Positions 49,658 through 59,166 of a stretch of 64,000 nt of DNA are shown here, piece after piece. Origin of the DNA: Deltaproteobacteria bacterium. Its GTDB lineage: Bacteria > Desulfobacterota > Binatia > UBA12015. Position 1 is the stretch's first letter, and every line of letters begins with the position of its first letter. The DNA is taken from the NCBI GenBank assembly GCA_046583355.1, contig JAYGCM010000057.1, positions 37,887-101,886 on the forward strand, in the 5' to 3' direction. The translations under genes and the position numbers were made by a program. The notes under the pieces are model-generated. The model did not search any database, was not told where the DNA came from, and saw only the letters and a list, made by a program, of their open reading frames with translations.

Positions 49658-50242
49658 ATGAGCGGAATCTATTCCGGAAGTGGCCGACTCGGCCGCTGGC
49701 AACGGCTAGGATCCGAAACCATCGCCAAAACGCGCGTCTTCGACGTGCACAAAGAGACCAAACGCTCACCGCGAACCGGCCAGAACCACGATTTCTTCGT
49801 GATTGAGGCCTCCGATTGGGTGAATATCGTGCCCCTCACGGCCTCGGGCGAGGTCGTGCTGATCCGCCAATACCGTCATGGCATAGCGGACTTCACCCTG
49901 GAGATTCCCGGCGGCATGATCGACCCCGAGGATGCCTCGCCCGCCGCCGCCGCGCGACGCGAGATGCAGGAAGAGACTGGCTACGACTCCGAGGACATTC
50001 GCCCGCTTGGTTGGGTCCATCCCAACCCCGCGATCCAGGGCAACCGCACTTTCATGTTCGCCGCCTATGGGGCCGAGCGCCGGATGGAGACCCATTTCGA
50101 TACGACCGAGGAAATCGAGGTTATATGCGCCCCGCTCGGCAAAATTCCGCAGCTGATCCTGGAGGAGAAAATCTCGCATGCGCTGGTCATCAGCGCATTT
50201 CATCGCCTCGGTCTGCCGCCACAGCAAAGTGGCGGTTCATGA
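49658..50242 (+). CDS. NUDIX hydrolase (ADP-ribose pyrophosphatase-like)
   Basis: Nudix box GGMIDPEDASPAAAARREMQEETGY, plus QYRH and HPNP. Confidence 0.9.
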   Translation: MSGIYSGSGRLGRWQRLGSETIAKTRVFDVHKETKRSPRTGQNHDFFVIEASDWVNIVPLTASGEVVLIRQYRHGIADFTLEIPGGMIDPEDASPAAAARREMQEETGYDSEDIRPLGWVHPNPAIQGNRTFMFAAYGAERRMETHFDTTEEIEVICAPLGKIPQLILEEKISHALVISAFHRLGLPPQQSGGS

Positions 50243-51849
50243 CCACGACGCATCCGTATGCCGATGCCGTCCTCGACTCGCTGACCGAAGCGGTCGCCGT
50301 GCTTGACGGAAAAGGATGCATCCTTTCCACCAACGAAGCATGGCGCCGACTCGACGCGCTGGCCGGCCCGCAGGCCGCCGGAAGCGGAGACCTCGGCGAC
50401 GATTATCTGGCGAGTTGGAGGAGCCACACGGACAACCTCCGCCAGGCCGAACTCGTCGTCAAGATACTGGAACAAGTGCTCGGCGGCGGCGCCTCGCATA
50501 TGCATATCGAGTACCGCTGCCCTACCCCGCACGGGATCCGACATCTGCAAGTGCGCGTGTCTCCGCTCGATGCCGCCCCCGCTCGTGCCGTCGTGTCACG
50601 CGTCGACATTACCGAACACCGACACACCGAAATTCGTGCACAGGCTCTGCTTGCCCTAGATGAAGCCGCTACCAGTGCCGAGACCCCGGAGGATATTTTC
50701 GCCATCGCGCTCCATGAACTGCACTCCGCAGCCGAGGTCGATCTCGCCGTCGCCTTTTTCTGGAACGACACCGAGAGCGCCTACCTCGCGGAGACGATCG
50801 TCGGCGGAAGCGAAGAACAGCGGCGCCTGATCCATGCGACTCGTTTCAACAAGGGCCAGCCCTTCGATTCGATTGTGCAAAAGGGCAAGACGCTGGTGCT
50901 CCACGAGATGAAGGAACAGGGGTGGCTGCCACCCGCATTCTATCAGAAACTCAGCATCCAGCAGATGATCGTCACACCGATTGAGGCAGAAGGGCACCAT
51001 GTCGGCAGCCTCGTTGTCGCTCATACCCGAAAAGAGGCGCCCTTTGACGCCTATCAGCTCGATCTCTGCCGCGCTGTCGCGCAGCGGGTCGCTTTCGCTG
51101 TCGAAAATTTGCGCCTGATCCGCAAGCTCGAACAGGCCAATCGACTGAAGAGCGAGTTCGTCGCCACCATGTCGCACGAGTTGCGCACGCCGCTGCATGT
51201 GATGCTCGGCTACTCGGGCCTGCTGCTCGATGAGGCCTTCGGCGGCTTGACCGACGGGCAGCGCGATGGTCTGGAGCGCATCGAGCGTAACGGCTCCGCA
51301 TTGCTTGAACTCATCAACGAGACACTCAGCCTCAGCCGCCTCGAGGCCGGCGAGTTACCCGTCAATATCGAAACGGTCGATCTGAAAGCGCTCTTCGAAC
51401 AGGTCGCCAGCGAGGGGGCGGTGCCGATCGACACCCATGGCGTGACCTACCAAACCGAAATCGCAGAGAACCTCACGGCGGTCGAATCCGACCGGGGTAA
51501 ATTGCAGATCGTCGTGCGCAACCTCCTCTCCAATGCCTTCAAGTTCACCAGTTCGGGGAGCGTAATGCTGCGCGCGTGCAACGTACCCGAAGGAGTCGAA
51601 TTCTCCGTCACCGATACCGGCTCCGGGATCGAACCCGATATACAAAAGTTTGTCTTCGAGCCCTTCCGCCAAGGCGCCGATCCGCTGACGCGATTGGTCG
51701 GCGGCGTTGGCCTCGGCCTGCATTTAGTCAGGCGCTATCTTGAAATGCTTGGCGGAAGCGTGGCTCTCCAAAGCGTGCCCGATGTCGGCACCACCTTCAC
51801 CGTTCGGCTGCCGACGTCCGGCCCGACACTTTCTTCTACGGAGCGTTAG
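50239..51849 (+). CDS. PAS-GAF sensor histidine kinase (no receiver domain)
   Basis: PAS (AVLDGKG.ILSTNEAW), GAF, MSHELRTPL, NLLSNAFKFT, DTGSGI, FEPF, GVGLGL. Confidence 0.93.
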   Translation: MTTTHPYADAVLDSLTEAVAVLDGKGCILSTNEAWRRLDALAGPQAAGSGDLGDDYLASWRSHTDNLRQAELVVKILEQVLGGGASHMHIEYRCPTPHGIRHLQVRVSPLDAAPARAVVSRVDITEHRHTEIRAQALLALDEAATSAETPEDIFAIALHELHSAAEVDLAVAFFWNDTESAYLAETIVGGSEEQRRLIHATRFNKGQPFDSIVQKGKTLVLHEMKEQGWLPPAFYQKLSIQQMIVTPIEAEGHHVGSLVVAHTRKEAPFDAYQLDLCRAVAQRVAFAVENLRLIRKLEQANRLKSEFVATMSHELRTPLHVMLGYSGLLLDEAFGGLTDGQRDGLERIERNGSALLELINETLSLSRLEAGELPVNIETVDLKALFEQVASEGAVPIDTHGVTYQTEIAENLTAVESDRGKLQIVVRNLLSNAFKFTSSGSVMLRACNVPEGVEFSVTDTGSGIEPDIQKFVFEPFRQGADPLTRLVGGVGLGLHLVRRYLEMLGGSVALQSVPDVGTTFTVRLPTSGPTLSSTER

Positions 51850-51852
51850 CCC

Positions 51853-52653
51853 ATGCCTCGCCGCCTCCTTTCGTTTCGCGACAAACGGGTTCTGATCACC
51901 GGGGCCTCGAGCGGGATTGGCCGTGCCTTGGCGCTCGATCTGGCCGGTCGCGGCGCTCGGCTGGGGCTGATCGCACGGCGGCGCGAAGAATTGGAAGTGC
52001 TTGCAACCGAGATCCGCGATAGCGGCGGCGAGGCGTGTGTGGCCGTCGCCGATATCGCCGAACGTGCCGAGACTTTCGCCGCCTGCGCCGCGCTCAGTGA
52101 AGCTCTCGGCGGTATCGACCTTCTGATCAACAATGCCGGCTACGGCCATCATCGACGCTTCCTCGACTGGGAGGTCGAAGATATCCAGCGCATGATGCAG
52201 GTCAATTATATGGGTGCCGTCCATGCCACCAAGGCCGTGCTGCCCGGCATGGTCGAGCGCGGCGAGGGCTTTCTCGTCTTCATTGCCTCGGTGGCTGGCA
52301 AGATCGCGCCACCAGACGAATCGGCTTACGCGGCAAGCAAATTCGCCATGGTCGGCCTTGCGGAGTCCCTCTCGCTGGAAGTGGAGGAGCACGGCATCCA
52401 CGTTCTTACGGTTTGCCCTGGTGCGATCCGTACCCCTTTCTTCGATGCGGAAGCGCTCACGCGCATGCCCGCGGTGGCGAAGAATACGATGGTGCCCGTG
52501 CAGGGACTCGTCGATGCCATCGTGCGGGGCCTGCAGCGCGGCGCGCATGAGATCACCCACCCCCGCTTCATTCGCGCTGGCTACGTAGTCCGCGCCTTGG
52601 CCCCGAGCTTCATGCGCACGCAGGTGCGGCGCACCACCAAGCGCCCCGACTGA
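51853..52653 (+). CDS. Short-chain dehydrogenase/reductase
   Basis: TGASSGIG, NNAG, YAASK. Confidence 0.94.
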   Translation: MPRRLLSFRDKRVLITGASSGIGRALALDLAGRGARLGLIARRREELEVLATEIRDSGGEACVAVADIAERAETFAACAALSEALGGIDLLINNAGYGHHRRFLDWEVEDIQRMMQVNYMGAVHATKAVLPGMVERGEGFLVFIASVAGKIAPPDESAYAASKFAMVGLAESLSLEVEEHGIHVLTVCPGAIRTPFFDAEALTRMPAVAKNTMVPVQGLVDAIVRGLQRGAHEITHPRFIRAGYVVRALAPSFMRTQVRRTTKRPD

Positions 52654-52682
52654 GCGCTCGACCTGTTTTTTCTGCCGGAAGT

Positions 52683-53456
52683 TCAGCGGCCCCAGACGGC
52701 GGGGTCCTGCTTGTAGTAGAGCTGCAGCTCTTCGTAGAGTTCCGGGTGTTTGCGCCGCAGCTTCTTGGGCTTCTCGAAGAAGGCCTCGGTGATGACGGCG
52801 AAAAACTCGGCCGCATTGGTCGCGCCATAGGAATCGATATCGGTCCGGCGTCCGGCCTCGGCGTTCTCGCGCAACTCCTCGAACTCATGCCCGAGCACCC
52901 GTGCCCAGGCCACATATTGGCTGCGCTGGTCGAGGATCGGTGCGCCGTCGGAGGTGCCATCTTCCTGGTCGAGCTGATGCGCAAATTCATGCAGGACAAC
53001 ATTATGCCCGTCATTCGCACACGAGGCGCCGGCCCGTGCATCGTCCCACGAGAGGACCACCACACCATCGACCCAGGACTCCCCCAACCGTGCCGAGGGC
53101 GTCTCCAGGACCAGGCCGCCGGCGATCACCTGACGCTGCGTGGCCACGTAGGCATGCGGGTAGACGAGAATGGCGTGCAAGCGCGGGTAGAAATGCGGCT
53201 CTTCCTGGTGCAGCATCAAGAGGCAGGCCTGGGCAGCGATGGTGACGCGAATCTCATCATTGAGCTCGAGGCCCCCGCAGCCTTCGAATTTCTTCTCGCC
53301 GAGGAAAACCTTCATCAAATCAAAAAGATGCTCGCGGTCTGTAGGGTCGAGGTGCTCATAGAGGCCGAAATTTCGCTCCACGATCGCGCGAAACTCGTCC
53401 GGAAATGGCTGCTCGCGCAGCTTGCGACGCCGGCGTTTGCGCAGGAAGCCGAACAT
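52683..53456 (-). CDS. MtfA-family (M90) zinc metallopeptidase
   Basis: IAAQACL, ILVYP, LGESW, HNVVLHEFAHQLD, YGATNAAEFFAV.TEAFFE.P. Confidence 0.92.
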   Translation of the reverse strand: MFGFLRKRRRRKLREQPFPDEFRAIVERNFGLYEHLDPTDREHLFDLMKVFLGEKKFEGCGGLELNDEIRVTIAAQACLLMLHQEEPHFYPRLHAILVYPHAYVATQRQVIAGGLVLETPSARLGESWVDGVVVLSWDDARAGASCANDGHNVVLHEFAHQLDQEDGTSDGAPILDQRSQYVAWARVLGHEFEELRENAEAGRRTDIDSYGATNAAEFFAVITEAFFEKPKKLRRKHPELYEELQLYYKQDPAVWGR

Positions 53457-53565
53457 CAGAGAAGGCCGCCGCGCGGCAACAGGCCAGACGCCCTCTGCTG
53501 CACCGCGTACAATCTATTTGCCCTCCTCATCGACAGAACCCGTCCCGGAAGAATAAACTATCAAG

Positions 53566-54954
53566 ATGAATTGCGAAAGACATAGCTACAAGGAAACGCG
53601 ATGGCTTCCGTTGACGGGAGTCCTTGTGCTCGGTCTGCTTGCCGCCGCCTGTGGTGGCGGCTCTGGCGAGGCCAACGACACCAGCGATTGCCCGGAGGCC
53701 AGCGCCAAGGCCGACGTTCTCGGCATCATGGAGTCGGTCTATTTCTGGAACGACGAGCCGCTGCAGATAGAAAAATACCGCACGGTCGAACTGGCGCGCT
53801 TCACCGACGATAAAGAATTGCTCGACCCCCTGCGCTGGATCCCGGACAATTTCGACCGCGGCTTCACCTACATCACCTCGCCCGCGGCCGAGGCGCGGCA
53901 GAATGCCGGCCGCACCTTCAGCTACGGCTTTTTGCTCACGCGGATCGGCGCGAGCGACGAGATCCGCGTTCGCCAGACAATCGAAGGCGGTCCGGTCCAC
54001 GCCGCCGGCGTACGCCGCGGCTGGCGTCTCCTCTCCATCGGTGGCCGCAGCATCGCCACCATCGACGCCAGCGACGGCATCAGCGCCGCACTCGGCTACC
54101 CCTACTCCGACTCCGGCACCACACGCACGATGGAATTCCTCGACCGGGCCGGAGTGCATCGAGGGCCCTTTACGCTCACGGTCAGCGAATTCGATGTCGA
54201 CCCGGTGCCGCTGGTGCGCGTCTTCGAGCGCGGCGGCCAAAAAATCGGCTACGTGCTGATGCGCTCCTTCGTCCCGCCCGCTGTCGCCGGCTTCGAGGCC
54301 GCAATCCGCGACTTCGACCGTGAAGGTGTACGACATCTGGTGGTTGACTTTCGCTACAACCTCGGCGGCGCCGTGCCGGTAGCCGAGGCGATCGGCGGCA
54401 TGCTCGGCGGCGACGCTCTGGCCGGCGAGACCCTCTATCGGCTCGCCTTCAACAGCGCGAATTCCGGCCGCAACCAAACCGGGGCCTTCGATGCCCGCTA
54501 CGAGGGCAACACGCTGAGCTCGGGTGCGTTTGACTCGATCGTCTTCCTGACAAGTTCGCTAACCGCGTCGGCCAGCGAATTGGTGATCCATGCTTTCGCA
54601 CCCTTTGCCGACCGCATCGGCACGACTTCCATTGGCAGCCGGACCTACGGCAAACCAGTCGGCCAGATCGCCACCGATTATTGCTCCAACAAGCGCCGTT
54701 TACGTATCGTCGCCTTCGAGGTGCAGAACGCCGCCGGTGGCGGTGGCTATTTTGCCGGATTGCCGGTCGATTGCCCGGCCGCCGATGAGCTCGATACCGA
54801 CCTCGGCGACCCGAGCGAGGCTTCGCTCGAAGCCGCCCTGGAATTCCATGCGACGGGACAATGCCCAAGCGCTACGGCTACCGCAGCAGCCGCGACATCT
54901 GCGCCGCCGCACCGCTCACTCGGGATCACCCACCGCTTTGACGGCATTCTTTGA
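53566..54954 (+). CDS. S41-family (C-terminal processing) peptidase, lipoprotein
   Basis: Lipobox LAAAC, PDZ-like GGPVHAAGVRRG, VDFRYNLGG, TASASE, TYGKPVG. Confidence 0.9.
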   Translation: MNCERHSYKETRWLPLTGVLVLGLLAAACGGGSGEANDTSDCPEASAKADVLGIMESVYFWNDEPLQIEKYRTVELARFTDDKELLDPLRWIPDNFDRGFTYITSPAAEARQNAGRTFSYGFLLTRIGASDEIRVRQTIEGGPVHAAGVRRGWRLLSIGGRSIATIDASDGISAALGYPYSDSGTTRTMEFLDRAGVHRGPFTLTVSEFDVDPVPLVRVFERGGQKIGYVLMRSFVPPAVAGFEAAIRDFDREGVRHLVVDFRYNLGGAVPVAEAIGGMLGGDALAGETLYRLAFNSANSGRNQTGAFDARYEGNTLSSGAFDSIVFLTSSLTASASELVIHAFAPFADRIGTTSIGSRTYGKPVGQIATDYCSNKRRLRIVAFEVQNAAGGGGYFAGLPVDCPAADELDTDLGDPSEASLEAALEFHATGQCPSATATAAAATSAPPHRSLGITHRFDGIL

Positions 54955-56562
54955 AGACGCACCGACGGTAGCCGGCGCGGCAGACTCGAGGCCGCCGTAT
55001 CCACCGCCGCCCGGTGTGCGGAGGACGAGCTGTGTCCCGGCCGGCAGCTGCTGCGTCGAGAGCGGCTGCCAGACGCGCTCCACACCCTCGGGTGTTCGGA
55101 TACGATCCTCGCCCGGAGCACCGGCTGCGCCCCCCGCCAGACCACGCGGCCCCATCGCCCGCCGCCCGGCGAGCAGGGTCACCTGGCTGTCTTCGAGCAA
55201 GCGCACGATGCGCTCGATTCCCTCACCGCCAGGATGCTCGCCGGCGCCGCCGCTGCCGGAGCGCAGCCGGTAGGCCTCGACGCGCAGCGGGTAGGCATGC
55301 TCGAGCGCCTCGATTGGCGTGTTCGCGGTATTGGTCATTCCGGTATGAATGCCGCTTTGTCCGGCCTGCCCGGGCCGGCCGCCCTGCCCGCCGCCAATCG
55401 TTTCGTAATAGACGAAAGGCTGGCCCGGACCCGGCACCGAACCGATCAGAAGATTGTTCATCGTGCCCTGCGAAGCCGCGCCGATCCGGGTGGGGAACGC
55501 GGGCGCCAGCGCGGCCAGCAGAACGTCGGCGATCCGCTGCGATGCCTCGACGTTGCCGGCACCGACGGGAACGGGTGCACGTGCATCGACTACGCTGCCC
55601 GGCTCGGTGCGCAGCCGCAGCACACGCGCCGCGCCGCCGTTGCGCGGGATATCGCCGGAAGTGATGGAACGCGCGGCGAACTCCAGGCAGGCCTGGGTTA
55701 CGGCGCGCACGCCGCTCGGCACGCCGGGGCGAGCCCGTCCCGTGCCGCGGAAATCCGCTTCCATACCACCTTCGTCAATCCGCACGACGACCCGGATCGG
55801 AACCAGGCTACCGTCGGCGGCCTCGAGGAAATCCTCGCAGCTGAGCTCAGCCGCAAGCCCCTTCGATGCCGCGTGAAGCTCGACCCGCATGGCTTGCTCG
55901 GCATAATCACAAACCAGCCGCATGGCCCAGGCGAGGCTCTCCCGGCCGTGCTTGGCGGCAAGCTCGCCAAGCCGCCGCGCGCCCAACCGATTGGCACCCC
56001 ATTGCGCATCGAGATCGCCCGCCCGCTCCTCCGGGGTACGCGTATTGGCGAGCAGCAGCGCTCGAATATCGCCATCCCAAGCGCCACCGCGCACCGCACG
56101 GATCGGCGGCAGGCAGAGCCCCTCGGCCACCGAATCCACCGCCGTCGCGCTCAGACTACCGGGCACCGAGCCACCCACATCGGCATGGTGTGCCCGATTG
56201 GCCACATAGCCCAGCAGCGCGCCGTCCTGCCCGCGCACGGCGGCGACGAAGGTGATGTCATTGAGATGCGTACCCCCGCAAAAAGGGTCGTTGACTAAAA
56301 CCTGATCCCCTTCGGCCAGATCTCCGAAGGCCTCGATCGCCGAGCGCACAGACGCGGCCATCGAACCCAGGTGCACCGGGATATGCTCGGCCTGGCCGAT
56401 CAACTCGCCATCAGCGGCAAAGAGCGCGCAAGAATAATCTTCGCGCTCCTTCACATTCGGCGAGTAGGCGGCGCGCCGCAGGGCCGCGCCCATCTCGTCG
56501 CAAACGCCCGAGAAGCGACTCTGCCAGATGCCGATTGCGGCCGCGGCGCGAGCATCATGCAT
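54916..56562 (-). CDS. Hydantoinase B / oxoprolinase family subunit
   Basis: AYSPNVKEREDYSCA, HIPVHLGSM, NDPFCGGTHLND, AHHADVGG, QGTMNN, YETIGGG, TPGGGGYG. Confidence 0.93.
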   Translation of the reverse strand: MHDARAAAAIGIWQSRFSGVCDEMGAALRRAAYSPNVKEREDYSCALFAADGELIGQAEHIPVHLGSMAASVRSAIEAFGDLAEGDQVLVNDPFCGGTHLNDITFVAAVRGQDGALLGYVANRAHHADVGGSVPGSLSATAVDSVAEGLCLPPIRAVRGGAWDGDIRALLLANTRTPEERAGDLDAQWGANRLGARRLGELAAKHGRESLAWAMRLVCDYAEQAMRVELHAASKGLAAELSCEDFLEAADGSLVPIRVVVRIDEGGMEADFRGTGRARPGVPSGVRAVTQACLEFAARSITSGDIPRNGGAARVLRLRTEPGSVVDARAPVPVGAGNVEASQRIADVLLAALAPAFPTRIGAASQGTMNNLLIGSVPGPGQPFVYYETIGGGQGGRPGQAGQSGIHTGMTNTANTPIEALEHAYPLRVEAYRLRSGSGGAGEHPGGEGIERIVRLLEDSQVTLLAGRRAMGPRGLAGGAAGAPGEDRIRTPEGVERVWQPLSTQQLPAGTQLVLRTPGGGGYGGLESAAPATVGASSKNAVKAVGDPE

Positions 56563-58438
56563 GGCCGGACCTCGGCTGCTCCAAAATCAGATTCCGTGCT
56601 GCATCGAGGCGTACCGAGAAGCCCTCCGGCACCCAGGTCGTCGCCTCATCCTCGGGAAGCAGCAACGGCCCCTGGCGCGTCTCGCCGACCCGGAGTCCCG
56701 CGCGCCCCGATCCGGGCAACGCCTGCAAGACGTCCTCCACCGCGATATCCGAGGCGACCTCGGCGCTCACCCGCAGCGTCACCACCTCGATGGCGGCCTC
56801 CGGGCGGCGGTAGCCATTGCGCTCTTCGTGAGCCTGATGGAAACGCGCCTGAAGGATCTCTGCGCCCTCGCCCTCATCGAGCGCAACGGCGAGCTCGTGG
56901 CTCTGCCCGACATAGCGGCAATCCGCCACCCGCCCGAGCCTCGCCGGCCCCGCCCAGGCTATACTCTCGCGTGCTTCGGCCACCAATCCGGTAAAGCAGG
57001 AGGGGTCGAAATATTTGCCTGCATTGATCTGCGTATGCGCGCGATCGACGCGGATGGGCGCGGCCAACAGGCCGACGGCCGAGAGCAAACCGGCGAGCGG
57101 CGGCACGATCACGCAGCGTGCACCAATGTTGCGGCAAAGCCGCGCGGCATGCAGCGCCCCGGCACCCCCGAAGGCGACAATCGCAACATCGGCCGGGTCC
57201 ACTCCGCGCTCCACTGTCACCTCGCGCAAGGCGCGCTCCATATTCGCTTCGACCACTGCCAGGATCGCCTCGGCCGCGCCGCGCCCGAGGCCGACTACGG
57301 CCGCGGCAGCAGCCACGTGATCCACCGCCATGCGCCCACCCACGAGCTGCCGCACACGCCCCAGGGCCACATTCGCGTCCGTCACCGTCGGCTGCGTCCC
57401 GCCACGCCCGTAGGCGACCGGACCGGGCAGCGCGCCGGCCGACTCCGGACCGACCCGTAGCGCTCCGCCCGCATCGAGACGCGCCAGGCTGCCGCCGCCC
57501 GCACCGACAGTATGAATGGCGAGTGCCGGCGTGAGGCACGGCAATTCGTCAATCAACGTAAGCGGACGCAGCTCGGGTCGGCCATCGCGAATCAGCACGA
57601 CATCGGTTGAGGTGCCGCCCATATCGAAACCAACGGCTGTCGGAAATCCGGCGCTCTGCGCCACGGCGGCCGCGGCAAGCGCACCGGCCGCCGGCCCTGA
57701 GAGGAGTGCGTCCGCAGGACGCCGTGCGAGGTCGCGCACAGCGCCCAGCCCGCCCGAGGAGCGCATGACCAACAAAGCTTCGGGCAACTCCGGCACCGCC
57801 GCGAGACGCTCGAAGTAGCGCGCCGTGCCCGGACCGAGCCAAGCATGCATCACGGCCGTCGAAGTCCGCTCATATTCGCGGAATTCGCCGGCCACCTCGC
57901 TGGAACGAACCACCAGATATTTCGCACCAAGCCGCGCGGCAACCGCTTCTTCATGCTGCGGATTCGCGTAGGAATGCAGCAGCGAGATGGCGACGGCCTC
58001 GGGCGCGCATGCGTCCAGACGCGCTTCCAGATCGCCCAGATCGAGCGGTGCAAGCTCGGCGCCGTCGGGGCCGATGCGCCCACCGACCTCAAAGCGCCGC
58101 GCACGCGGCACGAGCGGCTCGGCGCGGTCGGCGCTGGCATCATAGAGGTCGGGCCGCCGCTGGCGGCCGATCTCCAGGATATCGGCAAAACCGGCGTTGG
58201 TCACCAATGCCGTGCGCGCGCCGCGGCGCTCAAGCAGCGCGTTGGTCGGCACGGTTGTACCGTGGCGCAGCTCGCCATCGCTGGCGCCGGCGGCAACTGC
58301 AAGAAAGCCCGCCACCGTCGCCTCGGCCGGATCGGCCGGGGTCGACGGGATCTTCGCGATGCGCAATTCGCCCGATGCACTCAACGCCACCGCATCGGTG
58401 AATGTACCGCCAGAATCGATGCCGACCTTCGTCCCCAC
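56555..58438 (-). CDS. Hydantoinase A / oxoprolinase family subunit
   Basis: GIDSGGTFTD, HGTTVPTNALLER, LSGPAAG, DMGGTSTD, GAGGGS, TVTDAN, FGGAG. GTG start at 58438. Confidence 0.93.
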   Translation of the reverse strand: MGTKVGIDSGGTFTDAVALSASGELRIAKIPSTPADPAEATVAGFLAVAAGASDGELRHGTTVPTNALLERRGARTALVTNAGFADILEIGRQRRPDLYDASADRAEPLVPRARRFEVGGRIGPDGAELAPLDLGDLEARLDACAPEAVAISLLHSYANPQHEEAVAARLGAKYLVVRSSEVAGEFREYERTSTAVMHAWLGPGTARYFERLAAVPELPEALLVMRSSGGLGAVRDLARRPADALLSGPAAGALAAAAVAQSAGFPTAVGFDMGGTSTDVVLIRDGRPELRPLTLIDELPCLTPALAIHTVGAGGGSLARLDAGGALRVGPESAGALPGPVAYGRGGTQPTVTDANVALGRVRQLVGGRMAVDHVAAAAAVVGLGRGAAEAILAVVEANMERALREVTVERGVDPADVAIVAFGGAGALHAARLCRNIGARCVIVPPLAGLLSAVGLLAAPIRVDRAHTQINAGKYFDPSCFTGLVAEARESIAWAGPARLGRVADCRYVGQSHELAVALDEGEGAEILQARFHQAHEERNGYRRPEAAIEVVTLRVSAEVASDIAVEDVLQALPGSGRAGLRVGETRQGPLLLPEDEATTWVPEGFSVRLDAARNLILEQPRSGHA

Positions 58439-58446
58439 CCGTGCCT

Positions 58447-59055
58447 CTAAACCTGCCGCTTCCAGGAATCTTTGGCCAGGCGGTAGAGGACGTGCTCGCG
58501 CAGGGGGTCGCCGATGGTGAGGCGGGGGTGGCGAAAATCGTCGGCGGGCGTGCGCCGCATGCCGATTCCGCGCATGACGCCTTGGGAGCGTTGGTTGCCC
58601 GGCACGGTGAACGAGACGATTTCGTCGAGACCGCCCTGGGTGAAGCCCCACTCCAGCGCGGCCTGCGCGCCCTCGCTGGCAAAGCCTCGGTTCCACCATG
58701 CGCGCGCCAGGCGCCAGCCTATTTCGACGCACGGCATGAAATGGGCCTCAAAGTCGGGCCGCATCAGGCCGACGAAACCGATCATCGGTGCCTCGTCGGG
58801 CACCTCGACCGCCCAGAGCCCGAAGCCATGGGTCTCGAAATGCAGGTGAATCCGCGCCACCAGCTCGCGCGTCTGCGCCAGGCTCATCGGCGCCGGCATC
58901 CAGGCCATCACCTCGGGGTCCGCATTCAGCGCGGCAAAGGGCTCGAGGTCCGCCTCTACCCACGGCCGCAGCCTGAGCCTCTTGGTCGTCAGCTCGGGGT
59001 GGAGGGCTGTGCTGCCTACCGGAGATTTTGTTTCGTTTTTCAGCGCGGACGACAT
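58447..59055 (-). CDS. GNAT N-acetyltransferase (RimJ/RimL-like)
   Basis: TKRLRLRPW, GFGLWAVE, EIGWRLARAWWNRGFASEGA, NQRSQGVM. Confidence 0.92.
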   Translation of the reverse strand: MSSALKNETKSPVGSTALHPELTTKRLRLRPWVEADLEPFAALNADPEVMAWMPAPMSLAQTRELVARIHLHFETHGFGLWAVEVPDEAPMIGFVGLMRPDFEAHFMPCVEIGWRLARAWWNRGFASEGAQAALEWGFTQGGLDEIVSFTVPGNQRSQGVMRGIGMRRTPADDFRHPRLTIGDPLREHVLYRLAKDSWKRQV

Positions 59056-59166
59056 GGCGGAGAACCCGATATCTTCGTAGGCCCGAATGCGTAACAAAAT
59101 CTCGAATCCGTAACACACATCCCCGTTTGCTCGCAGGAAGGGCGAGCATCCGGTACTGGCAGAGCG

